DNA of 64,000 bases. Source: Alphaproteobacteria bacterium. Its GTDB lineage: Bacteria; Pseudomonadota; Alphaproteobacteria; 16-39-46. Location: NCBI GenBank assembly GCA_018401675.1, contig JAGYKM010000001.1:105695-169694 (forward strand), in the 5' to 3' direction. Positions within the stretch are counted from its first letter, which is position 1. The number at the start of each line of letters is the position of its first letter. Position numbers and translations under genes: made by a program. Shown here piece after piece: positions 43,839 through 54,027 of the stretch. The notes beneath the pieces were generated by a model. The model was given only the letters and a program-made list of their open reading frames with translations. It was not told the DNA's origin and ran no database searches.

Positions 43839-44705
43839 TCACAGCTGAGCTCTTGGGTGGAGCCAAGTGGGATGTGGGATCGGGTGAAACGTTTCTTCAG
43901 AGGTGGTGGGGAAGAAGAGGAATCCCCTCCTTTGCTCACGGATCAAGCCTTCCATGAGTTCTGAGAGCATTTTTGAGGTAAAGCCCTGCAATGATCTCAT
44001 AATGTTAAGGACAAATGATTGGGTTTGATGAATGTCTATAGTTTGGGCAAGGGATTGGGTATTAGCAATTTTCTTCTTGAGAAGGGGGTCGTTCATGGAA
44101 GATTTGAGTTTTTCCATGTCAAGGTCTAAAGATGTGGCAATTTCAAAAGCCCGGCTCAAAGTAAGAGGCGTTGTTTCTTTCATCAAAGCATTATGAAATT
44201 CAGCGTATTTTCCTTGTTCTTGAGTGGCTAAAGCCATTAAAGCCAATTTCATGGATAGGGGGCCAAATAAAGGAAGATCCCTGAAGATAACCATAACACG
44301 TGGATCTAAAGCAACTAGTCCCGACAGCTCGCTTGAGAAGGTCTTGCAATAGCCGCATTGGTAATCCGAAAAAGAAACTATCTTAATATCCCCCTCAGGA
44401 TTGCCGATAAAGGGATAGTCTTTGAAATCATATAAATCATGGGCATGAGTTCTAATAGCTGTTTTTTGCTTTATTTCCTGAACTTTTTTCTCTTCTTCTA
44501 AGGATTGGCGCATAGCTGTCAGAAGGAAGGATGGATTTTGAGTTACAAAGCTCTCGATTTGTCTTTCAAAGGAGGGGGTAGGGGTGGGGAGAGAATGCTT
44601 AACATCTTTCTTGGTAAAACAAACATAACTGATAAGAGTGGAAAGGGCCACCGCCACGAGGCAGGTGATGCTATAGCCAATGATAGAATGTTGTTTAGGG
44701 CGCAT
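43839..44705 (-). CDS. DsbA-like thiol:disulfide oxidoreductase (thioredoxin fold, CxxC), membrane-anchored
   Basis: The active site 'DYQCGYCKTF' is embedded in a DsbA-like domain ('NPEGDIKIVSFSDYQCGYCK...'), with an N-terminal TM 'IIGYSITCLVAVALSTLISYVCF'. Confidence 0.65.
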   Translation of the reverse strand: MRPKQHSIIGYSITCLVAVALSTLISYVCFTKKDVKHSLPTPTPSFERQIESFVTQNPSFLLTAMRQSLEEEKKVQEIKQKTAIRTHAHDLYDFKDYPFIGNPEGDIKIVSFSDYQCGYCKTFSSELSGLVALDPRVMVIFRDLPLFGPLSMKLALMALATQEQGKYAEFHNALMKETTPLTLSRAFEIATSLDLDMEKLKSSMNDPLLKKKIANTQSLAQTIDIHQTQSFVLNIMRSLQGFTSKMLSELMEGLIREQRRGFLFFPTTSEETFHPIPHPTWLHPRAQL

Positions 44706-44843
44706 AATTCCTCCTAAAGGATAAAATATAAATAAAAGAAGCGAGACGATGAACTAAAGAGCACAAGGGTCTAAGAAGCGAGTTTAAGAAAAGCATGAAC
44801 TTTTCCAAAGGAGCTAAAACTTATAGACGCATAGATTACTCAT

Positions 44844-46397
44844 TTAAACACGGAACCGCTCACTTGAAACCTGAGCGTCTGAGGGTATTGTTGGGGTTTC
44901 TTCTAAAGATGTCAAGACGTCTTGGGCGCGCATATAGCTCGGATCTTTCTTAGTTAAAAGGGTGTGGGCGCGATGGGCCTGTTTTTTTGCCTCTTCCTTA
45001 TCACCAATGAGACCATAAAATTCACTAAGAGCGAGAGCCGAGGCACCCAGCCTGCCCAGTCTTCCTAAGGCGACCGCTTTTAGTTTCCAACACCAAGGAT
45101 CATCTTTTTCCCTTTTTAGTACACTCTCTAAAATCACGAGTGCATCTCGTGCCGCATGATCTGTAGATAATTCCAAGAGGCAATGGGCATAAGTATAAGC
45201 AATAATGGGGTCATTGGGAGTAAGATCGTGAACCTTCTTATAAATGGAGGTGGCCTCCTTCACTCTCCCCGCGCCATAAAGAATTTGTCCTTTGAGCTCC
45301 ATAAAATAGGGGTCCGTGGGATGAGATGCCAAAAGGATCTCAATTTCTTTGAGAGCTTCTTGGGTATGACTTTTTTTTAAATAGGCTATGGAGCGTGCAT
45401 AAGTAGCCTCAAGACTTAAGTCTGTGGGGGGGTACATTGAAAGGATATGGTCCGGAGGAGAGACGAAAGCCAGGACTTTAATTTTAACGCGGTTAAAACG
45501 TGTGTAGAAATCTGCGGGGAAATCTACCGCGTGGGGGTTCATTTTTTGGCAGTGATCTTCTAAGACTTTAATACGTTCTTGGGTTAAAGGGTGAGTTCGT
45601 ACATAAGGATCTTGATTTTGCGCTAAGAGTAAATCTTGAGACGACATGGTTGCCAATACATCTACAAGCCCTTGAGATGACCATTTCAACTGATCTAAGA
45701 AGCGGAGCGCTGCTTGATCAGCTGCAGATTCTTGTCCCCGACTATGAAGAAGGAAGCTTCTTTCTCCCATGTGCATGCCGCCGTAAAGAGACGCCATAAT
45801 GGCTTCTGGTCCACCGCCAGCGAGAAAAGATACCGCACTACCCAATAAAGAGGCGAGCAAGGAAGGAGCAAGAAGACGGTCTTGGGCATTGATGCCCTTA
45901 ACGATATGTTGCCCTGCCATGTGGCCAATTTCATGGGCCAATACCCCAATAAGTTCTCTAGGTGATTTCACATGGGAAAAAAGGCCCGTGTTTAAAATCA
46001 TTAGATTGCCTATAGTAGCGGCAGCATTAAAATCTGGGTCCACAATAATAATAAATTTCTGCTTTCCTGCAGACAGTCCAGCGACCGAAAATATAGGGTT
46101 AGTATAGGCATACAAGAGGGCAGAAATCTCACTATCTTGGATAATAGCTCCTCTTTTGAAGTCGTAAATAGCGTCACTTTTTCTTAATGAAAGCGACATG
46201 AGAAGGAGGACCGTTAGGATAAAGCTGAGGGGACGTTTCTTTATAAAAGAAGGAAGCCCACACCTGGTTTGTCTAGAGCTAGACTTTTTTAGTATTCCAA
46301 GTAGGGATAACCAGCTCGGCTCCGCTTTTAAAAGGCCTTTTGCCATCAACCCTAAAGAAAATGGTCTGTTCCAAAAGAAAGAGAGGTGTTGAGCCAC
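44844..46397 (-). CDS. bepA: M48-family Zn-metalloprotease with TPR repeats (BepA/YfgC-like beta-barrel assembly-enhancing protease)
   Basis: Zincin motif 'LAHEIGHMAGQH' in an M48 domain, followed by a C-terminal TPR region. The start is probably an internal Met. Confidence 0.7.
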   Translation of the reverse strand: MAQHLSFFWNRPFSLGLMAKGLLKAEPSWLSLLGILKKSSSRQTRCGLPSFIKKRPLSFILTVLLLMSLSLRKSDAIYDFKRGAIIQDSEISALLYAYTNPIFSVAGLSAGKQKFIIIVDPDFNAAATIGNLMILNTGLFSHVKSPRELIGVLAHEIGHMAGQHIVKGINAQDRLLAPSLLASLLGSAVSFLAGGGPEAIMASLYGGMHMGERSFLLHSRGQESAADQAALRFLDQLKWSSQGLVDVLATMSSQDLLLAQNQDPYVRTHPLTQERIKVLEDHCQKMNPHAVDFPADFYTRFNRVKIKVLAFVSPPDHILSMYPPTDLSLEATYARSIAYLKKSHTQEALKEIEILLASHPTDPYFMELKGQILYGAGRVKEATSIYKKVHDLTPNDPIIAYTYAHCLLELSTDHAARDALVILESVLKREKDDPWCWKLKAVALGRLGRLGASALALSEFYGLIGDKEEAKKQAHRAHTLLTKKDPSYMRAQDVLTSLEETPTIPSDAQVSSERFRV

Positions 46398-46412
46398 GTA
46401 TCGTCCTTTTCT

Positions 46413-48782
46413 TTAATCAAGAAGTTTTTGCCACCACCCTTTTCGTCTTTCAAGTGTAGATGGAGATTTCTCCTCAGGTGCTAACGCTTCTCGTGCTCTA
46501 GGGGTTTCCGTGGAAGGTGTTTTAGGAGGTGCTGAAGGAGCGGGGGTGCTAGGGGCACTTTGCGGATTACTTTTAACCGCAGCAGCGCCAACTGCATCTC
46601 CGGTGCGGCGATCTCGACGAACGCGGTTATTAGTAAGTGGATATCGACTTTTTCTCCTAGGGGGAGCCTCACCGGTCGATGATTTTTTATGATTTGAGGA
46701 AGAGGAATCGGTATTCTCAGAAGTAGGTAGTCGTTCACTTCTTGTTTGAATAGGTATAGAAGGAACGTCAGAAGGCGTAGGGACTGGGGTCGTGGGTGTG
46801 ATAGCGCTTGCGGGTGATTGGGAAGAAGTGTTTTCCGATTCAGGAGAAGAAGGATGGGGACTGGTGCGTCCTTTACGACGTCTTTTAGAAAAACCCTCCT
46901 TTGTGGTGGAAGGAGCCGTAGCTTCACTCACGGGAACTTTGGGGCCAGAAGGTCTGGGATGGGGCTTGTTAACAGAACTTGGCGTTGTTTTTGGGAGTGG
47001 AGGAAGAATGTCCGTAAGAGAGGTTCTAAAATCCGGAGTGATTATGGAGTCATCCATGGAGAAGGTGATTTGGAGTCCAAATTTGGACTCTAGACTACAA
47101 AGATGCTCTTTTTTCGTATTAAGAAGATAAAGAGTGACGGGGGTAGGGGCATACACAGTAAAATCCCCAGTCCGATCAGAAAGCCTATTCATATTTTTTT
47201 GCAAAGAGTCTTCTACACTCCGGAGTATATGAAGGGCGTAGGATTCAGTAGACCGAACCAATCCGGTCCCTCCACAGTGGATGCACATAGACGAACTAGA
47301 CTCTAAAAGGGTAGGACGCAGACGTTGCCTGGAGAATTCCAACAACCCGAACATACTAATCCGACCGATTTGAATACGGGCCCGGTCAATCTTCATAGCC
47401 TCCTTCAAGCATCGCTCAACTTGATGGTTATGCTTGGAATCTGTCATATCAATAAAATCAATGACGATCAAACCGGCAATATCTCTTAATCGGACCTGGC
47501 GCGCTACTTCTGCAGCAGCTTCTAAGTTGGTATTTAAAGCCGTCTCATCGATGTGCCGCTCTCTATTAGACCGTCCAGAGTTCACATCCACAGCGGTCAG
47601 GGCTTCTGTAGGATTAATGACAATGTATCCGCCGGATTTAAGCTGTACGATGGGATTGTGGATTTCATCAATCTGTTCTTGGACTCTAAATTTCTGGAAA
47701 AGAGGAATAGTTCCTGTATGGAGTTGAATCTTGCGCGCATGGCTGGGCATAAGGAGTTTCATGAACCCCTTAGCATTGGCGAAGGCATGGTCACCTTCTA
47801 CGTATATTTCTTCAGTGTCTTTTGAGTAAAGATCTCTTAGCGCGCGTTTGATTAAATCTCCCTCTCGATAGATCAAAGCCGGTGCAGTGGACGTCAGAGT
47901 GGTTTCTCGGATGTCGCTCCACAATTTAATTAAATAGTCTAAGTCACGCTTAATTTCAGCTTTGGTACGTTCCATTCCAGCGGTGCGAACAATGACACTC
48001 ATGGAAGGAGGGAGATCAAAATCAGCCAGCAAAGAGCGAAGGCGTTTACGGTTCTGAATGTCAGTTATTTTCCGCGATATTCCTCCACCTTTTAAGGCAT
48101 TGGGCATCAAGACACAGTAGCGGCCCGCGAGAGAGATAAAGGTAGTAAGTGCGGCACCTTTATTGCCACGTTCTTCTTTAGTGGCTTGAATGAGAAGTAT
48201 TTGTCTACTTTTTATGACTTCTTGGATTTTGTATTTGGAATGAAAGATTCTTGATGTATGTGCCCGAACGGGTTTTTCTTCTTCAAAGATTTCGTCTTTG
48301 CCCGGAATGGCATCGAGATAGATGTTGGAGGAAACTTCTGCCTCAGAATCTTGAGTATCGATGACCCGTAAGAAAGACATATCGCTCTTGGTCTCTGGAG
48401 TGTTTTCTCGAGAGATAGATGGCTCAGCCTCTTCTAGGGCTACCGGCGCAAGAGCGCTACCCCCAAGGGATTCGTCGAGGTCTTCTTCGGGGCGGACCGA
48501 GTCTTCGGCCGCCTCTAATCGCTTACGGTCTTCGACGGGAATTCTAAAATAGTCAGGGTGTATTTCATTGAAAGCAAGAAAACCATGTTTTCCTCCTCCG
48601 TATTCCACAAAAGCGGCTTGCAGAGACGGTTCTACGCGAATGACTTTCGCTAAGTAAATATTGCCTTTAATCGACTGTTTATTAGCGGTTTCTATATCAT
48701 ATTCTTCAAGAACGCTTCGATTAACAATAGCAACTCGGGTTTCTTCAGGATGAGATCCGTCGATTAGGATGGTACGTGTCAT
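46413..48782 (-). CDS. rne: Ribonuclease E (N-terminal catalytic S1/DNase I-like/Zn-link; low-complexity P/S/T-rich scaffold C-terminus)
   Basis: 'MTRTILIDGSHPEETRVAIV...GNIYLAKVIRVEPSLQAAFVEYGGGKHGFL' (S1), 'CIHCGGTGLVRS' (Zn-link), and a C-terminal ~250-aa PST-rich disordered region. Confidence 0.9.
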   Translation of the reverse strand: MTRTILIDGSHPEETRVAIVNRSVLEEYDIETANKQSIKGNIYLAKVIRVEPSLQAAFVEYGGGKHGFLAFNEIHPDYFRIPVEDRKRLEAAEDSVRPEEDLDESLGGSALAPVALEEAEPSISRENTPETKSDMSFLRVIDTQDSEAEVSSNIYLDAIPGKDEIFEEEKPVRAHTSRIFHSKYKIQEVIKSRQILLIQATKEERGNKGAALTTFISLAGRYCVLMPNALKGGGISRKITDIQNRKRLRSLLADFDLPPSMSVIVRTAGMERTKAEIKRDLDYLIKLWSDIRETTLTSTAPALIYREGDLIKRALRDLYSKDTEEIYVEGDHAFANAKGFMKLLMPSHARKIQLHTGTIPLFQKFRVQEQIDEIHNPIVQLKSGGYIVINPTEALTAVDVNSGRSNRERHIDETALNTNLEAAAEVARQVRLRDIAGLIVIDFIDMTDSKHNHQVERCLKEAMKIDRARIQIGRISMFGLLEFSRQRLRPTLLESSSSMCIHCGGTGLVRSTESYALHILRSVEDSLQKNMNRLSDRTGDFTVYAPTPVTLYLLNTKKEHLCSLESKFGLQITFSMDDSIITPDFRTSLTDILPPLPKTTPSSVNKPHPRPSGPKVPVSEATAPSTTKEGFSKRRRKGRTSPHPSSPESENTSSQSPASAITPTTPVPTPSDVPSIPIQTRSERLPTSENTDSSSSNHKKSSTGEAPPRRKSRYPLTNNRVRRDRRTGDAVGAAAVKSNPQSAPSTPAPSAPPKTPSTETPRAREALAPEEKSPSTLERRKGWWQKLLD

Positions 48783-49630
48783 TTGAAAGGGTGCTCCAAT
48801 TTATTGTAAAGGATAGATACCCGCTCATCCATGAATTCTCAAGAATTTTTGACTTTGTCACCTTCTTATTTGCTCTTTCCTTCCAAACACGGAAGGGCAT
48901 ATTGCCCAAGAAGGGGACACGCCACAGATGGTTTTTTGGGATGTTTCTAGAGGAATACTGAGAGGCTATTGAATTTAACCTTTCGTATTTAAGGGAAACA
49001 AAACCGATCAGGGCGTCTACGTAAAATTTAAATTCCTTCGAATTTCTCTGCCTAAACACACCTACTGCCTTGGGTATCTTGATAAGATACCTTACATAAG
49101 AAAGAAGCAGTAAGAAGGAATAAGGACTAGAGCGCATCTATCTATATTTCTAATTAAGTTGAGACGACTTTAACTTTCCTTGAGTCTTTTATAAGAAAGC
49201 CGTCAATTAAAAGAGCTCCGCTACTGCGGAGAGTGAAAGATTCGTCGATTTATGTGATTAAAGGACTTGATTGCCAAGCTCTTCTAACATAAAGCACTAG
49301 CTTCGTATCCCAAAAAGTATTCAAAACGAGCCTACCTATACTTCATTCAGGCGTTATAAATAGGTATGGATCCACTTAAGTTGTTGAAAGAAAGAAACCA
49401 TGGCCTAAGGGTAACTTCTTTGGGTCAGAATTCAAGTTACAAAAATCTTAGGTGAGAGTGTACTGACTTTCCATAAAATCTACAATTGGTTTCTTAATTT
49501 TTTTTGTGCTATAAGAAAAAAGTTATTTAAGAGACCTTAAGTGGAAAGCTGGTACAGCTAGGGGTGAATGCGCCTCTTTTGAATAGTATAAGGTAGCCTC
49601 TTTTTGTTAGAAAATTGAAAGTACTCAACC

Positions 49631-50209
49631 ATGATTCACGACGCCCCAAAAACCCCTCTTATGCCTAAGGCAACAGCTGTTTGGTTAATTGAAAACAGCA
49701 CCCTTTCTTTCGAGCAGATCGCTGCATTTTGTCATATGCATCTTCTGGAAATCAAAGCTATATCTAACGGAGAAGCCGCTTTAGGAATAAAAGGGCTCAA
49801 TCCCGTAGATATGGGTCAAATTAGTCAAGAAGATCTGGAGAGATGTCAAAAAGATGATTCTTTAAGGCTCACTTTAGTTGGGGCTGCCCAAAAAGAGCAT
49901 ACTTCGGGAGGAAAAGGCAAAAAAGGCGGAGCCAGTCGGTATACGCCTTTGGCGCGTAGAGGAGATCGTCCTGATGCTATAGCATGGCTTATCAAGCAAT
50001 ATCCCAATTTTTCTGATGCACGGATAATGAGGCTTGTGGGAACAACAAAGCCTACGGTAGAGAGTATCCGCAAAAGAACTCACTGGAACATGGTTAATAT
50101 CAAGTTACGAAGCCCCGTTAGTTTGGGGTTTTGCACCCAAGAAGAGTTAGATGCCTTGGCACTTCTTACATCATCGGGAGAGCTGAAAGAACAAGGCGGT
50201 AAGTTGTAG
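49631..50209 (+). CDS. DUF1013-like conserved alphaproteobacterial protein (two HTH-like repeats)
   Basis: 'MPKATAVWLIENSTLSFEQIAAFCHMHLLEIKAISNGE' and the second repeat 'DAIAWLIKQYPNFSDARIMRLVGTTKPTVESIRKRTHWN' match the conserved alphaproteobacterial DUF1013 pattern as I recall it. Confidence 0.5.
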   Translation: MIHDAPKTPLMPKATAVWLIENSTLSFEQIAAFCHMHLLEIKAISNGEAALGIKGLNPVDMGQISQEDLERCQKDDSLRLTLVGAAQKEHTSGGKGKKGGASRYTPLARRGDRPDAIAWLIKQYPNFSDARIMRLVGTTKPTVESIRKRTHWNMVNIKLRSPVSLGFCTQEELDALALLTSSGELKEQGGKL

Positions 50210-50477
50210 GACCCACCATCCTCCAAAATTTTATTGGGAAAATCGGGAAAAGTGGGAATAGATCTCCGAGGAAACACTAGAGACAGAGGGGTTTCGACGG
50301 TGAAAAATTCTTGCATTTTAAGGTGGAGTGCGGTAAGGACAAGGCTCACTATCCGAAATGATCTTGGGTAAAGCAAAAAGCTTGGTATCTAAGGTCTCAT
50401 ACAATGAGGGTAGCTGAGTCCATTTAAGAGCGTATAAAAGAGTGTGATATGCTTTTCTATTTAACAAAGGAAACGTT

Positions 50478-50663
50478 ATGGCTGTTCCAAAGAAAAAAAC
50501 ATCCCCTTCTCGACGTGGAATGCGTCGTTCTCATCACGCGCTTACACCGGTAACGCATGCTGAGTGTGCCAATTGTGGTGAAATGAAGCGACCCCATCAT
50601 ATGTGTGATGCTTGTGGGCATTATAAAGGTCGTGCTGTTTTGGTATCTGCGTCTGTCCACTAA
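50478..50663 (+). CDS. rpmF: 50S ribosomal protein L32
   Basis: '[23 protein letters not shown]...[23 protein letters not shown]' is canonical L32 with its Zn ribbon. Confidence 0.95.
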   Translation: MAVPKKKTSPSRRGMRRSHHALTPVTHAECANCGEMKRPHHMCDACGHYKGRAVLVSASVH

Positions 50664-50704
50664 GGCTTTCTCCTCTTTAAAGGAGAAAGAAGAAAGGCAA
50701 CCTT

Positions 50705-51764
50705 ATGGTAGCAAAGGTAGTGCTTGCATTAGATGGCATGGGAGGAGAGTCTGCGCCAGATGTGGTCGTCCAGGGAGCTGCTTTAGCCTGGAAAAAAGCG
50801 CCTTATCTGAGTTTCAAAGTTTTTGGGGATAGTCAGCGATTGCTGCCATTGGTCAAAAAATATGGAAATAGTGACGTTTTCACAGTGGTTCATACAGATG
50901 GGGTCATTGATGATCATATGAAACCATCTCAAGCCATTCGATCAGCACGAGGCTCGAGTATGGCTCAAGCCATCCAATCAGTAGCTGATCAAGAGACCAT
51001 GGGTGTGGTTTCTGGGGGCAATACGGGAGCCTACATGGCTCTTTCCAAAATTCTTCTTAAAACCATTCCAGGTGTTTCTCGGCCTGCTATTGCCTCTTAC
51101 CTTCCCAACCGCAAAGGAGGCGAGACGGTCTTTCTTGATTTGGGCGCTAATGTGCTGTGTGACGAAGAAAATTTGTCTCAGTTTGCGGTTATGGGAAGTA
51201 TTTTTGCCCAACATGTTTTAGGGATTCATAATCCCCGTATTGGACTTTTAAATATTGGAGAAGAGGAGCTCAAGGGCAATCAAACCCTCAGGAGGGTTTA
51301 CGGTTTACTCAAGGGGCTTCCGTCACTCAATTTTCACGGATACGTAGAAGGGGATGACATCACTGCTGGCATAGTGGATGTGGTGGTGACAGATGGATTT
51401 ACGGGCAATATAGCTCTCAAGACTATTGAAGGCACAGCGCGACTTTTGAAATATTTTCTCAAGCAAGGATTCTGCGGCTCTTTGATGGGACGTTTGGGGC
51501 CTTATGTGTGCATCCTCTGCTCTACGGCAGGTTCAAGAACGAATGGATCCGAGCCGATATAATGGGGCTGCTTTTTTGGGTTTAAATGGGTTGGCCATAA
51601 AAAGTCATGGCTCTACCGATGCGCTTGGGTTTTCTAATGCAGTTGGGGTCGCTCTTGATATGCTTCGCCATGGTTTCAAGGCTCATATTGAGAGAGATAT
51701 AGAAAATTTAAGGGCCTATGAAGCGGCTATCATGTTGGATTCTAATAAAGATAGGTCACCATGA
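50705..51764 (+). CDS. plsX: Phosphate acyltransferase PlsX, C-terminal ~75 aa in a different frame (frameshift near 51500-51512)
   Basis: 50705..51562 encodes the PlsX core 'LALDGMGGESAPDVVVQGAALA...'. The ORF 51504..51764 encodes the C-terminus 'RMDPSRYNGAAFLGLNGLAIKSHGSTDALGFSNAV'. The junction lies in 'ccttatgtgtgcatcc'. Confidence 0.8.
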
Positions 51765-52738
51765 GTCAGAAATATTCTGCCATCATTGGATGTGGAGGAT
51801 GTGTTCCTGAACGGAAGGTATCCAATAAAGATCTTGAGGCTCAGGTGAATACCACTGATGAGTGGATTCGAGAGCGAACCGGTATTGAGACTCGGTACAT
51901 TTCCTCCAAGGAAGAAACGTCCTCTTTTTTAGGGGCTCAAGCCGCTGTAGCGGCTTTGAAGCAAGCGAATATAAATGCTTCGCAGATCGATTTTTTGGTA
52001 TGTGCCACCTCAACACCTGATCTTACTTTTCCCGCCACGGCTACCTTAATTCAAAAAGCCATCGGTATGAAACAAGGGTTTGCCTTTGATCTTCAAGCCG
52101 TTTGTAGTGGCTTTGTATACGGATTGAGCGTGGTGGATGCTATGATGAAGGCAGGCCATGGGCGCCGGGCACTCCTTATCGGGGTAGATGTTTTTTCAAA
52201 AATTGTGGATTGGCAGGATCGAAATACCTGCGTTTTGTTTGGAGATGGGGCGGGGGCCGTTGTTTTAGAGCAAATAGAGACTCAAGATTCTGAAAAACCT
52301 CGGGGTATTTTAGACTCTGCTTTATATTCTGATGGGGCATTTGTCGATTTATTGAGAACCTCAGGCGGCGTGGGAACCACTCAAGAGGGTGGTGTGATTC
52401 TCATGAAAGGTCCAGAAGTATATCGACACGCGGTAGAAAAGATGACCCAATCAGTCCAAGATTTGCTTGATAAAAATAAGCTGTCCATTGACGATGTTAG
52501 GTGGTTAATTCCTCATCAGGCCAATAAACGTATTATGATGGCGGTAGCGACTCGTCTTGGCTTGCCCGAAGAAAGGGTTATTGTCACCGTTGGGATGCAT
52601 GCAAACACCTCTGCGGCAACCATTCCTTTGGCACTGAACGAGGCAGTGAAAAAAGATCTCATTAAGCCCGGAGATTTAGTGGTATTCGAGGCTCTTGGGG
52701 GGGGATTTACCTGGGGTTCTGTCCTGGTTCGCTGGTAA
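51761..52738 (+). CDS. fabH: 3-oxoacyl-ACP synthase III (FabH)
   Basis: Active-site Cys context 'AFDLQAVCSGFVYGL', with 'HQANKRI' and 'GMHANTSAATIPLAL'. It follows rpmF-plsX. Confidence 0.9.
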   Translation: MSQKYSAIIGCGGCVPERKVSNKDLEAQVNTTDEWIRERTGIETRYISSKEETSSFLGAQAAVAALKQANINASQIDFLVCATSTPDLTFPATATLIQKAIGMKQGFAFDLQAVCSGFVYGLSVVDAMMKAGHGRRALLIGVDVFSKIVDWQDRNTCVLFGDGAGAVVLEQIETQDSEKPRGILDSALYSDGAFVDLLRTSGGVGTTQEGGVILMKGPEVYRHAVEKMTQSVQDLLDKNKLSIDDVRWLIPHQANKRIMMAVATRLGLPEERVIVTVGMHANTSAATIPLALNEAVKKDLIKPGDLVVFEALGGGFTWGSVLVRW

Positions 52739-52926
52739 ATAATAAGGGTTAGGGATGGCCATGAGATGGCGAGTCATTCTTGTAATGTAGCCCGCATACA
52801 TACCTAGGAGAGGGTAGCCTAAAGCTCCTATACAAGGATCTTGATAAAATGAGATGCCTTGAGATTGAAACAAAAAAGCCTTTGACTCTTTTTCTAACTT
52901 TTTGAAAAGAACCAAAGGCTTTTGTT

Positions 52927-53403
52927 TTAACGCTTGGAGAATTGGAAACGACGACGAGCCTTCTTATGGCCGTATTTCTTGCGCTCCACCACGCGGGAAT
53001 CTCGTGTTAAGAAACCGTTGGTTTTTAATACAGGACGAAGCTCTGGTTCATATAAGGTCAGAGCCTTGCTGATACCATGACGTACAGCGCCCGCTTGACC
53101 GGAGAGACCGCCGCCAACTACCGTGCATACCACATCAAACTGGGCAGTACGGCTAGCGGTATCAATAGGTTGATTAATAATCATCCGCAACACTGGACGA
53201 GCAAAATAAGTTTCCAAGGATCGACCGTTAACGGTGATAACACCTTTTCCAGGCTTTACCCATACGCGGGCAATGGCATTCTTTCGTTTGCCTGTGGCAT
53301 AGGCGCGACCTTGCTTGTCTAGCTTTTGTACATAAACATGAGGGGAAGAGCCTGAGGTGCCAGTGGTCTCTTCCTTAAGTGTATTAAGAGATACGTTTTC
53401 CAT
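52927..53403 (-). CDS. rpsI: 30S ribosomal protein S9
   Basis: C-terminus '...[17 protein letters not shown]'. Confidence 0.9.
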   Translation of the reverse strand: MENVSLNTLKEETTGTSGSSPHVYVQKLDKQGRAYATGKRKNAIARVWVKPGKGVITVNGRSLETYFARPVLRMIINQPIDTASRTAQFDVVCTVVGGGLSGQAGAVRHGISKALTLYEPELRPVLKTNGFLTRDSRVVERKKYGHKKARRRFQFSKR

Positions 53404-53406
53404 GAC

Positions 53407-53871
53407 CTACTCTGCCTTTTTGTTTTTGCGGTTAAGCGATCCAATATCTAATGGATGGGGTTGCTGTGCTTGGTGAGGGTGAGTGTCTTCAGCATAAACA
53501 AACATATTTTTAAGCTGCATCCGGCCCAAGGTGCCTTTAGGGAGCATGCGCTCTACGGCTTTGCGTAGAACCCTTTCAGGATGGGCGCTCTCTAATAATT
53601 TTCCAACGGTCCTCTCTTTGAGGCCTCCTGGATATCCCGTGTGCCAGAAAAATTTCTTCTGGGCGAGCTTATCTCCAGTTAGGTATACATGTTGTGCGTT
53701 TACCACCACAATATAATCACCACAATCAAGATGGGGCGTAAATTCTGGCTTATGTTTGCCCCGTAAAATAATAGCAAGCTGAGATGCTAAACGACCCAGA
53801 ACCAGGTCTTTCGCATCCACAATGTGCCATTCTTTTTTTATTTCGCTGGGTTTTATAGAAAAAGTTTTCAT
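53407..53871 (-). CDS. rplM: 50S ribosomal protein L13 (start at the internal Met MKTFSIKPSEIKK)
   Basis: 'MKTFSIKPSEIKKEWHIVDAKDLVLGRLASQLAIILRGKHKPEFTPH' is canonical L13. The upstream in-frame extension is probably not translated. Confidence 0.85.
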   Translation of the reverse strand: MKTFSIKPSEIKKEWHIVDAKDLVLGRLASQLAIILRGKHKPEFTPHLDCGDYIVVVNAQHVYLTGDKLAQKKFFWHTGYPGGLKERTVGKLLESAHPERVLRKAVERMLPKGTLGRMQLKNMFVYAEDTHPHQAQQPHPLDIGSLNRKNKKAE

Positions 53872-54027
53872 AAATGATAGCCTCTTATAGAGTGAGTCTC
53901 TAACGGTTTCTTGATACGACATGAATGGTTTTTACAAAACAAAAAGAAAAGTGTCAAGAAAAATGTCTTCTCAATCTCTCCTAGCTCCTATAATCATTGG
54001 AGAGTGGGGGCGGTACCAGGATACCTC

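Noticed and set aside
46481-47727. Several ORFs (46481..46927 -, 46792..47130 +, 47434..47727 +) overlapping rne
   Set aside because: They are alternative-frame or antisense ORFs inside a strongly supported RNase E gene. The low-complexity P/S/T-rich region generates long spurious ORFs.
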